From NCBI RefSeq assembly GCF_964355755.1, contig NC_092674.1, forward strand, positions 5,394,001-5,458,000: DNA of 64,000 nt, given 5' to 3'. Each line of letters starts with the position of its first letter. Within the stretch, counting starts at the first letter, position 1. Source of the DNA: Antedon mediterranea. Its lineage: Eukaryota; Animalia; Echinodermata. Below the pieces are notes generated by a model, which was not told the DNA's origin, did not search any database, and saw only the letters and a program-made list of their open reading frames with translations. Shown here piece by piece: positions 49,020 through 61,100 of this stretch. The translations under genes were made by a program, and so were the position numbers.

Positions 49020-50930
49020 TGCAAGAAAAAGTTTTCATACTAGAAAGATTCATCTCCAAGACTACAGAGAACATATTCAGTGATTTATTTTGAAGATATA
49101 ATACTGTAATTGTTTATCAACATGTTAATTATATACAGTACACTGAAAGGCTGTACTCTATATGTAGTAATATGAGACACCCTTGATTTTCTAAGAGTCT
49201 GGTTTGGGTTCCTTGACTGTATACTTACCATGGCCGTTTAAAACATCTATATGTTTAGTGATATGCAAATGTGAATATATTTGCTATAAATAGAAAACTG
49301 ATCGCTATATAGACAATTGTGTCATGCACTATATTTTTTGTTTGTTTTTTTTTTATTATTAAAATTCGACTCTGAAAATAAGAGTATAAAAATCAGTGTA
49401 TTGAAAATAATGTATTCATATTTGTAGATGATAAAATGCTATAAATTTCAATAAGGTTGTATTGGTTATATTTGTGAGTGAAAAATTATTTAAATACAGG
49501 GTACAGTTAGATTTGTTTTTGCAGTAAACCCTTCCAGAATCAGACAGTGTGGAAACCCTCCTCAAAGACCAGACTTGTCAATTTCAAATTCTTAAGGTCC
49601 ATTCACACCAGGCACTTATCCAAGTGATATTTTATGAAAAATCATTTACATCTTCTCTGCCATATCAAAATGGTTTTTATATCTCTCATGGCTGTTTTTT
49701 TTCATATAGACTTGGTTGGAAGGTTAAACAAAATATAGAAAGTGTGAATGTGTCTTTAATTAACTAAATTCTAAACTATCCTGTTACTGTGTTACCATCC
49801 AGATTTTCTTTTAAGCTCTGTCTACACTATCAAACTAGTTTGACAAAAAAAGTGTAATGTGCCCAAATATGGTAGTGATATGCCCAAATTTGGTAGTAAT
49901 ATGACATCATCATGTCCATATATGAGCACATCACAATTTTGTCACATAAATCTTATATTTTAGAAAGCATTTATTTCTCATCGCATGGTTAATGTGTGTT
50001 GGAAATAAAGTAGTTGATGCAACTCAGGGATTGAGTTCATTATTATTATGTCGACAGACATGTATAGAAATTAAATTTAACACAGAATTTTGATTTTTAG
50101 TTCTTGATTATTTTAGAATAATTAATTTTGTAATTTAACGCAGGTCTATGAAAATGTAATTTAAAGGTTTTTTAAAAGTATTTATTTACTACTTTGGTTA
50201 ATGTTTTCAGAAAATGTAATTCCATATTACACCTTATAAAAACACCAGGAAAATGATTATTTTAGTTACAGTATACATATATATATATACTTTAAATTTA
50301 ATTTTACTTGGGTCAAGAAGTCGATAACTTGATTTGATCATGATGTAAACCAATAGGCCTGCGGTGGTATTGTAATTATGTGAATATGTATTTTGTAAAT
50401 ATGTAGATGGGGAAATTAAATATTTTGGAAAAAATTGAGATACAAATAGAATTGTTTGTTTACTGTAGCCATAATATTTATGTGGTACACTAGGGAGCAA
50501 CTCAACCTATTTTTTGAACTGTTTTTTGTGATCGTCAACTCACTGCCATCTTAGTTGCATCCAAATGGGATTTAATCATGTATTCTATCAAATGATTCAC
50601 TAATTCATTAAAGATGGCATTTTTACTTGAAAAACATTTATTTATTTTATATACGTCCGCACGACGTGTGGTGGAAGAGCCCAATGACAATGAAAATGAT
50701 TCTTTATTTCTTTATCGACCCTTTTTCAGGGTATATGTAAAAGCGTGTATGACAGAAGGCAGTAACGGCGTTCCATATCCCCGCCCTCTAGAGGAAAAAA
50801 ATGTCGTCGCGTCTTCCTCCTTCGTCGTCGGGGGGGTCTTCGCGACATCATCATCAGCTGTCCCCTCGCAAAAAGATCAAGTAGGAGGTAGCCTAGCCTA
50901 AGTAAAGACAGGCTAGAAAATAAGAAAGAA

Positions 50931-53900
50931 ATGTCTTCTTTTGTCAAGACATTGCTTTCTCATGAAGAGGTAGATGGAGAAGCTTGTAGTTGGGCGAACT
51001 TGTGTTTAAAACAGTTTGATATTGACTGGTGAGTAGGTCTTTATTCTACATATTAATATAGCCTATCTTAGTTAGGCCTAATAAAATGCCTAGTTAGGCC
51101 TAGGCCTAGCTAGACTAGAGGCCTAGTCTAGAGACTCTATTATAATTATGCCTAACCTAGGGCCTAAAAATAAAACCTAGGCCTAGGGCCTAACTAGGTA
51201 AGGTAGGTGGACCAGCCTACTAGGCCTAGCTAGGACTATATGCTAGCTAATAAGTATCCCTCCCTAACTCTAGGAAGAGAACGCTAGGCAAAATGAAACC
51301 ATAATAATAATAAACATGTAGACCTAGCGGCTAACCTATCCTAGCCCAGTGATTTTTTCAAAATAATAATAATATAATATTTAAGTAGGCTAGGCTAGTA
51401 GGCCTACGCTCCTATCCTAGCTAGACTAGGCCTAGCTAGTAGACTAGCTTGGCCTACTAGAGTACAACAGTAATTTATACTGTGATTATTTACAATAATA
51501 AATAATAATAATATAATAATATGGAATAGGCCTAGATAGTGAATTAAGATTAAGAATGAAATTTACCATTGAATTTTATTTAATAATTAATATTTAAAAA
51601 TTAATTAAATACAGTGCAAACAAGTTGAATAACAAAAATACTGAATAAATAAACTAATAATATAATTTATTTCCCTCAGTGATGGTGCCTTAAACTTGAG
51701 TGAGTTTGAGTCCTTGTGTCACACACTGTTTGTGAAAGCCAGTGGAGAACCTTATGCCAACAACACTGATCTTACGGATGACATTCAGTTTATGTTTACA
51801 CACCTTGACAAAGATAAGGTATAGTGATTGATCCTTTCATGACTGTAATCGCTCAGATGTCTTACCCTTGAAAAACTTCCCAAAGCCCAAAAACCTGAAA
51901 AATGAAGATTAAATTAGACTTGGGTTATTTTGTAGTTTTAATAAAGTTAATCACTTCCATAGAAAAAAAACAACAAAAATGTTTTTACTTACAAAATGAC
52001 AAAAATAAATGGTTAAATTATACCAAAAACCATTTGGCTGGCAGCCAATTTGACTTTTTTAATTTAAATTACTGATTTTTCAGGTAAATATATTTTTTTT
52101 CGATCCAATTTTGGTCAAAGAGGATAACTATTAATAATATGTGACATTAAAATGACATATTCAACAACAACAAATTTTGAGGGGGAGGAAACATCTTTAA
52201 TCCTTAATATCCATATTTCTTTACCTCTCCCAGCACCTACCAATCTAAGCACATTTCCATGAAAATTACCAAAAGCAAATCTTTTTCACTACCCTGATAT
52301 ACAGCTGGTAACAATCAATTCACAAGATAAAACAGTTAACACACACATTCAAAAATCTTAAGCCCTGTCTACATTATCAAACTTTATGTGACAAAAAAAT
52401 GTGATGTGCTCATACTGTATATGGACACAATGACATCATATCACATCACTACCATATTTGGGCACATCACCATTTTTTTGTCAAACTAGTTTGATAGTGT
52501 AGACAGAGCTTTACAATCTTTGTGGATTTAGCATGTGAACAAAATTAATAATTTTAATATAGTAATACTAATAGTCTATATTTAATATCATTACAGGACG
52601 GCAAGTTAAATGAATTAGAAATGAGGACAGTTTTTAATAAATGGTTAACAGAGGTATGTAATGCCAGTATCAACTGAAGATAAGAGAATATCAACTTGTT
52701 GTGCATCCTAAATAGGAACAAGTGTTGTTCACCATTTCGGTCCAATCTCATTTGAGCGCTTGTAACCTCATGCAGGGATAGAGCATTTGCATATCAAGCA
52801 GAAGTTGATTTTTTTTCTGCAGTTGAAAAAATGACATATTTTAGCATTATCACTCTTTAGAATTTACAGTACTGTAGCAGTCATTGAACAAGTATCATTA
52901 TAAACGCCTTTAGAGCACAATTATTTTTAAACTGTGCATTATAATATGATATTATTACATTGCAGGTTGTAAAGCCAAAGAATGCACTTCTTGTGGTGGA
53001 TGTACAAAATGACTTTATAACAGGATCATTAAAAGTTGAAGATGCAGAAGATGTCATTCCAATTATCAACAGGTACTTTAGCAGTCTATATCTAGTTGTA
53101 TTATCAATAGATTCACTGCAGCTATGCAATATATTTGCCACTCCTAGATTTGTGCATGTTTATTAAAGTATTTCAATCCATTGAATGGTGTAGTTTCCAT
53201 ACATAATTTTAAGACATCCGTTTCTCACCATTATATGTAATAATAAAAAAGTTTATAATGCGCATAACTCCATCCACTCTATTGGCTGCTATGAGTCTGT
53301 AGAGGGCCTACTGGCTGCTATGAGTCTGTAGAGGGCCTACTGACTGCTATGAGTCTGTAGAGGGCCTACTGGCTGCTATGAGTCTGTAGAGGGCCTACTG
53401 GCTGCTATAAGTCTGTAGAGGGCCTACTGGCTGCTATAAGTCTGTAGAGGGCCTACTGGCTGCTATAAGTCTGTAGAGGGCCTACTGGCTGCTATATATC
53501 TGTAGAGGGCCTACTGACTGCTATGAGTCTGTAGAGGGCCTACTGGCTGCTATAAGTCTGTAGAGGGCCTACTGGCTGCTATAAGTCTGTAGAGGGCCTA
53601 CTGACTGCTATGAGTCTGTAGAGGGCCTACTGGCTGCTATAAGTCTGTAGAGGGCCTACTGGCTGCTATGAGTCTGTAGAGGGCCTACTGGCTGCTATGA
53701 GTCTGTAGAGGGCCTACTGGCTGCTATGAGTCTGTAGGGAGATTATAAATACATTTTACAATTACCTAGATTAATATTAGTTATTTTTTCCGGGTATTTA
53801 GTATTTTAGAAACGGAATCGTTTTCTACTGTTGGATACACAAGAGATTGGCATCCACCTAATCATATCTCATTTGTGGACAATGTAAAAAGATATCCAGT

Positions 53901-56394
53901 AGATCCCAGTAGTCCGGTAAGTACAAGACCACAAAAGCTGGCTAAAGGCGCGTTTCCACACGTTCAATCAAATGACGTCATGATTAGTAAGAGCAATAAT
54001 ATTGTTACAATTCAACGATTTTATTGTTTTTATTGATCATGACATCATTTGATTTGATTTAAAAAAATATTATTTTTATCAAATACAGCAACTTATCCTA
54101 GCATGATTATCCTATAGTTCTAGAACGAAAACTAATTTCTTTTGTTTTATCCAAGAAATATGTATGTTTATCTATTTACCGTTTATCGTTATCACCCTAG
54201 TGTAAATGGGCATTAACCTATTCCTTGTTAAATCAGTTGTTACCTCTGCTCTCTTCTGTTTTTATCCGAACGATCTATGACCCAAAATCCCGCTGGATTT
54301 TTCGATTTTGAAGAGAAAGAGTCAAAGGTCAAAGTAACAAACCACAAAAAATGTCTTTATAATTGTAGTGGTTCATCCTTGTGAAGCAACAATTTTTGTT
54401 ATGATGATTCCATATCCTTCAGTAATCGATTATCAATCATCCTTGTATTTCTTATCCAGTGTATCATGGCAAATTCTATAATAAAGTGTAACATGTGGTG
54501 CCTGTATTGGTAAGTGTTAAAATAGACTGAGGGTCTATGATACAAGCATCACATGTGATACAAGCATCACATGTGATACAAGCATCACATGTGATACAAG
54601 CATCACATGTGATACAAGCATCACATGTGATACAAGCATCACATGTGATACATATGAGACACTGTATTACATAATTTGGCTATGATACTGGATGTATTAT
54701 AGATAGACAGACAGCAAACAATAAAATTGTATATTTATATTTCTTCCCATTAGGTATCTGCAGAGGATGCAAAATTACTAGACAAAGTTATTTTCTCAGG
54801 ACCACCACTTATTGAGCAAATTTTATGGCCAAAGCATTGTTTGCAAGAATCTCATGGTGCAGCATTCCACAAGAATCTTAAGGTAGGCATCTGTTATATT
54901 GCATAGGCAAAATGTCTGTAGGCCTGGCATAGCGTTATCTTGCCTCTACAAAGAAAATGACCATAGAATTGCAAGTAATAACTAATTGATGATTCCTAAA
55001 GCTCTGTCTACAAAAATGTGCCCATGTATGGACATGATGATGTCATATCACTACTATATTTGGACACATCACTACCATATTTGGACACATCACACTTTTT
55101 TTTGTCAAACTCGTTTGATAGTGAACTTTAGACAGAGCTTAAGCCTTACAATATTTATTCCATACAATACTGTATGATGAATTTGCAATACATTTTGTAC
55201 ATCGACAGACTATATTATAGTGCCCTCTATATTTTGTTTTAACCCACAATTAAAAATAAATATCCAAGCGACCTTTTTTAAAACATTTTTTTTTTCAACA
55301 TTACAATTTTTTTATGAAGAATAACTTTAAAGATGTATTGTCCCCCAAAAACATGAAAAATAAAGATTAATATAATCAGACTTTAAATATGTAATTTTTT
55401 AGTTTTAATAAAGTTAATCATTTCTGTAGAAAAAAAACTGGAAAAAAATAATGTTTTCACTTATAAAATTACAAAATAAATGGTTAAATTCAACCAAAAA
55501 CACATTGGCTGGCAGTCAATTTGACTATTTTTTGCTTTAAATTACATTTTTTAGGTAAATACTTTTTTTTCCGATTCAATTTTTGGTCAAAGTGGATAAT
55601 TATTTAGCGACATTAAAATGGCATATTCAACAGAAAAATTGTTAAGTATTAATTGGGGACAATATATCTTTAAATATTCTAATCAATATTTTTATTTGTT
55701 TAGATCACAGATCTTAAAGATACATTCTACATAAAAAAGGGCAGTCAATGTCATATAGACTCTTACTCTGCATTTTGCGATAATGCTCATGTGACCAAAT
55801 CTGATCTCGCAGCCCAGCTCATAAAAAGAAATGTTACTACAGTATACGTGTGCGGACTGGCGTTTGACTTCTGTGTAGGATATACCGCGCTTGATGCCAT
55901 TGATATTGGATTAACGACTATCGTTATAGAGGATGCCACCAAGGCAGTGAATTCAACATCTGGAGAAATGATGAGAGAGAAACTTGTTAGGAATAGATGT
56001 ATTTTTATTACAAGAAAAGAGGTTAGAATTATTGTTGGCTTTAGATAAGTTTATTTTGTAGACTTGTGCAGTGGATTTTGGTGGTAACAATCTTGCTTAC
56101 AAATTCCAGAGATCTGGGTTCAAATCCAACAATTAAGTTCGAGAAGGATACTTAGTGAACTTGCAGTCATTTGTAAAGTGTTTTCTCAATCTACACGGTA
56201 GTACACTGCACATCTGATTAATTACCTATCTGATCCAAAGATACTCTCTAAACATTAACAAGTATAAATATATTTTTATTGGTTTTTTTTTTCTGCAGCT
56301 TTCAAGTCTGCTATCAAGAAGCTACATTCCATTGTATGAAGGTATGCATGCTGCCAAACGACTTTCACAAATTTCATCATGTACAAAGCATTAA
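50931..56394 (+). CDS. Naam: nicotinamidase with N-terminal EF-hand pair (~352 aa)
   Basis: Exons 50931-51028, 51680-51818, 52597-52653, 52966-53072, 53802-53916, 54754-54882, 55704-56021, 56299-56394 splice in frame (1059 nt). EF loops DIDCDGALNLSE and DKDKDGKLNELE; isochorismatase-family motifs ALLVVDVQNDF, DWHP..HISF, WPKHC, KKG..DSYSAF, CGLAFDFCV. Confidence 0.92.
51060..51540. repeat. CTAG/GGCCTA-rich low-complexity tract in Naam intron 1
   Basis: Dense TAGGCCTA, GCTAG and CCTAGG words without a fixed period. Confidence 0.7.
51855..52196. mobile_element. Kolobok-like MITE, related to 55331-55669
   Basis: Colinear interior similarity (GTTTTAATAAAGTTAATCA.., TTGGCTGGCAG.., TTTTGGTCAAAG..); ends ACATCT|TTAA. 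Confidence 0.65.
52361..52510. mobile_element. MITE family A copy
   Basis: Complete TIRs with TTA TSD on both sides. Confidence 0.85.
53283..53736. repeat. 29-bp minisatellite, ~15.7 copies
   Basis: TGGCTGCTATGAGTCTGTAGAGGGCCTAC, no spacers. Confidence 0.95.
54538..54652. repeat. 18-bp tandem repeat x6 with palindrome ATCACATGTGAT
   Basis: GATACAAGCATCACATGT. Confidence 0.95.
55331..55669. mobile_element. Kolobok-like MITE
   Basis: TTAA|AGATGTATTGTCCCC..GGGGACAATATATCT|TTAA; related copies at 51855-52196 and a fragment at ~37009-37200. Confidence 0.75.
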
Positions 56395-57085
56395 AAAAAC
56401 ATGTGCCCAAATATGGGTAGTGATATTCCCAAATATGGTAGTGATATGACATCATCATGTCCATATATGGGCACATCACATTTTTTTTGTCATAAAGTTT
56501 GATAATGTACTTAAATAACTTAAAATATACACCAATATAGAACACTATATTTTTTGTTATAAGATTCTATAAAAAATGTTTTGCTTCGCAAGAAACTTGG
56601 TATGCAACCAATTCTACGATAGTTTATAAACAAAATCATTTCAGTTCCACTTTCATATGCGGCGCATCTTGTAATAATTTACAAAAGACAGTGATTATAT
56701 TTCCCACTGATACTCTTTGGTAATTTGTGAAAAGGAATAATAGTTTTATTTTAGATAAAAATGTGTGTGTCTTTAAGGTAAGTTGATTGTAATATTTGGT
56801 CATATATTCTAGGCATGTGATTTTAAGAGATGAGATTTTTATACTTTAAATTCATAGGCCATACATCAGGACATTAATCGGTCCTCCTCCTCCTGGCCAA
56901 AAAAAACAACCCTGTTATTGTCATTACCGTTATATAGTAGTAATATTTTATAACTTAACATCTAGAAAGTAATTCAGATTTGATTCAAAGCAAGAACTAG
57001 AGATTCACTATTTAGCCTGAGGTGGTCTTAAGCATAAACCTAGGCTTTGTACCTGCTCAAAAATAATGCAAGTTGCAAAATCAAG

Positions 57086-57111
57086 GTCAAAACATGGAGC
57101 CATGGTCAAAA
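57086..57111. mobile_element. putative P-superfamily excision footprint (short)
   Basis: GTCAAAA + CATGGAGCCATG (12 bp) + GTCAAAA. Confidence 0.5.
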
Positions 57112-58106
57112 TTTAGGTGAAAACATTCCTAGGTATAATCTTAGATTCCAAGCCACCTCCTTGCAGGCTAGTAGTCATCTTAAACTATTTATAATCAATA
57201 ATAATTAGTTAATAAAACCACACATAAATATTGATATCGGTTTTAATAGCTATAGCATTTTCATCATTGATGCTGGCTTAAGGTTTAATACCATGCTCAG
57301 CACAGCATGAATCTATATGATTTTTTATTTAAATACTGCTCTGAAATACTAAATGGAAGTTTTGTGCTTATAAAGCAGAAAAGTTTCCGTAAGCTACAGT
57401 ATATTTATATTATTTTTTTTGTCAGAATAAATGTTGTAAAATCCAGTTTTCTGCCTAAAATTTAGTGTTAAATTTTAACTACAATATTTTATATACCAAT
57501 TGTTTATTTGTTTACCTCCATGGTTTTATAGTTTGAAGTGCAATGCTGTATTACATTTATTAGATATAATCTGTATATGGTTTAATAATTATTTGAATAA
57601 TAGATAATTTTCAATCGCTTGAAATAAATTAGCGAATGGTAATGGTTTTGTGTACTCGTTATTTTAATAAGCAAAGCTTATGCATTTCGTGTACTCGCTA
57701 GACTGCTAAACCAATAATTGCGAGTAGTAGTAGTCTATTGTCTGCCTTTAGATTAAATAAGCGTTTCGTGTACTGGCCGTAGCATCTGTGAAATGAGACT
57801 GCAGAAAGGAAAGACATGACAGATATCCAACCATCTACATTTGTAGCAGATGCTGCGCTGTGGCGTGTCAACATTAACCTTTCACTTGGACGCAACGCAA
57901 GGATGTACGCTCAACACAAGTGAATTGACCAATCACAAGGGACAGTTTGGATGGCCAGGGAAGAGTAAGTTGATTCCTCCCTGGTATAACCAAGCTTTGT
58001 CGGTATTTTGCTACGTCATTGAGCTAAGCAAAACGGTCAATACATTAAATGAAACTATGTGTGGGCTTTCTGTCTTATCACAATTGATTGTAATAAATTG
58101 CATGTA

Positions 58107-61100
58107 TTACATTTTGACGTCAATGGTCATTGCTCGAGCAGTACCAATATCTGCAAGATAACGATTTTAAATATTACTTGTTAGGTAATTTATATTTGTT
58201 GTTGTAGACATTAACCATTAAAGCCTGGTTCTGAACGTACGCTTGGACGTAAGGGCAACGCAAGTAATGTGACCAATCTCACGCGACGGAATATTCAAAC
58301 TATCACTAGTTGCGCTTACGTTTGCTTCCAAGCGTTGTAAACGTAACGTTAAACATTAACTGCGCTGTAAACGTAACATTAACCTTATCCAAATTAAATA
58401 ATTTTAAAGTGATGGAATGGCCATCACACTTTCCTTAGTTTAAGAATCATAGCATATATATATATATATAAACTTTATTTAGACAAGAGACTGGTGAACA
58501 GCACAACTCGTTCAATCAACATTGATTGTTTTTATATTACATATATAGATATTACAAAATAATCAAACATCATATACGAAAAAAAAAAGAAAGATGACTG
58601 CAGTATTTAATTTTTACAGAAACTTAATATATAAATTAAGTGTGTTTGAGACTACTACTCTTAGCTTAACTTACTTCCAGTATAAAATATCTCTGCTGAT
58701 TTTGTCCGACTGTACACAATTCTTGGATTGGTGTCATAACCATCCCATTCTTTACAAGCAGTGCTTTCCAGAACTATAAACCATCCTTTGTCACCTCCAC
58801 AACCATTGTAATAGTTACTCATAAAAAACCTCCTTAAATGTAGATTGTTTTTACTTTATTCCATATAGCTTTTTTTAAATAAAGTAATTGATCGATTGCC
58901 GATCAAAACATTTTACGCTTTACTAATTCGGTGTAAAACAAGGGCCAAATGTATTTTGGAAATTTAAGGACATTTTCACAGCCATATTTTCAAAGTACAC
59001 TTTGTACTGTGTCAAGTATTTACGTCGAGGCATGCGCAGTAACTAATTTTATATTTACGACGATTTTATTGAAGGACTAATCATAGAGAATGCGCATGTC
59101 TGAGATTAAACTGAGCCCCATTTTACTTGAATGGTGTTATGACAAATGTACACACACGATTTTATTGAAGGGCTAATCATAGAGAATGCGCATGTCTGAG
59201 ATTAAACTGATTTTACTTAAATGGTGACAAATGTACAAACCGACTAGCATGTCCAACTATTGAAAAATAATTAGTGGAAGCGGTTTGCATGTCCTCCCAA
59301 GGTGAACTTTGAACTTTGTCCTTTGAAAACCAAGAGTTAGTAGTAGAACCAACACCATCAAAAGTGATAGAAAACAACTCCTCGTGAAATGCAGAGAATG
59401 CTGTCAGTTTTACCTGTAACATAAAATCATTTAAACAGTATATTTGGTCAAATTATTTTGTAGACAAAATAAAATAAATTCGAAAGTTTAATCACAACAA
59501 AAATATATTTTAAGAACACATGTTTGCGTTATGTAAATTAAAAGTATATTAAATATACTAACAATAACAATTGTAAACAATATACCTGTTGAATATCTAA
59601 TGTTGACCAGTTATCAAATATTGCATTGTTTCTGTAAAATGTATCACTGATGAGAAATTGATGAGCATGGTGGCTTGATGTTCCTGTTCCAGTTTGCCAA
59701 GCGTTGTAAATGCTAACTCCAGTCATAGATACACCCTTAAACACTCGAACCCATTCATTTCCTGCGCAGAACAGTAAATGAATATCATAAAACCACATTT
59801 CCGTTAAACTTGAACATTCTGGTTTTTTTTTTTTACTTATTGTCTTTTGGACTTGTATATTTAATGGCTTTTTTAACTTTGGTACTGAACGGTATTTTGT
59901 TTTAAATGCTGTTTTTTTTATGCCATTTTTAAACCATTTTTAAACCATCATTTTAGACATTTGCATTGTTTTACATTGTTCTTAACATTTTATCTTTTTT
60001 TTTAATTGTGAATCTCAAGTTTTAACTTTCTGTATTGTAACATTGTAATCATGTATTGTATGTTGATTTTGACTGAATAAATGAATGAATGACGTAAATA
60101 TATGTCAATCAAATGTCAATTTTGAATTGAATTGAAAAGTGGCAAACTCGAGCAAACTACGAGTTGTCATAAACAGTTTTCAAACATTTGCTAGAGTAGA
60201 CCAGTTGGTAAACTGCAGACAACAAGGTTGCCGAAGTCAACACTAGCAAACTTTAGTTCGCAAACTCAAGTAAACCCCAAGTTTACAAACAAACATTTAG
60301 TAATTGTTTGTTAATTGTAGACTAGGCTTAATCCGGTTCTAAAACCTTCAAATTTATCGCATAAACCGTGTATACCGTACGTCATATACTGTACGTATAG
60401 TAACAACATTTTATCTCATGAAATAGGCCTACAATATTGATTGTCTCAATTGTCTCGATTGCCTACTACCAAATTAACAGTACTTACTAATTCTACAGCC
60501 TAAAACTTTATCTCGTAAAATATGATGATTTATTGTCTCTTTGTCTAATATCAATACGTAAGTAACAGCAACTTACCTATTCTACAGCCTAAAACTTCAG
60601 CTCGTAAACTGCGGTGACCATAGAAGCTTTTAGGGTAAATTCTGATAGCTACGCCTTGTATTACTGGATTAAAATAATGTGTTCGTACGCTAGTTTGGTC
60701 CCAATTACCATCAAAAATCTGTATACAAATGCAAATGAAATATACCAAAGATTTAGGTAAAGAACGATCTTGCGTAAGAATAAGCAATTCGTTGAATCTC
60801 GGGAAAGCATTGCCGCCATTACTTACATAAAACAATGCAAATGATAATTTAAGTTTGGCTTCAATGTAAACATGTGGAACACATGATAATTTAAGTTTGG
60901 CTTCAATGTAAACATGTGGAACACATGATAATTTAAGTTTGGCTGCAATGTAAACATGTGGAACACATGATAATTTAAGTTTTGCTGTAATGTAAACATG
61001 TGGAACACATGATAATTTAAGTTTTGCTGCAATGTAAACATGTAGAACACATGATAATTTATGTTTTGCTGCAATGTAAACACGTAGAACACATGATAAT

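Noticed and set aside
53283-53736. 29-bp array as a CRISPR
   Set aside because: Head-to-tail units with no unique spacers, no cas genes, eukaryotic intron
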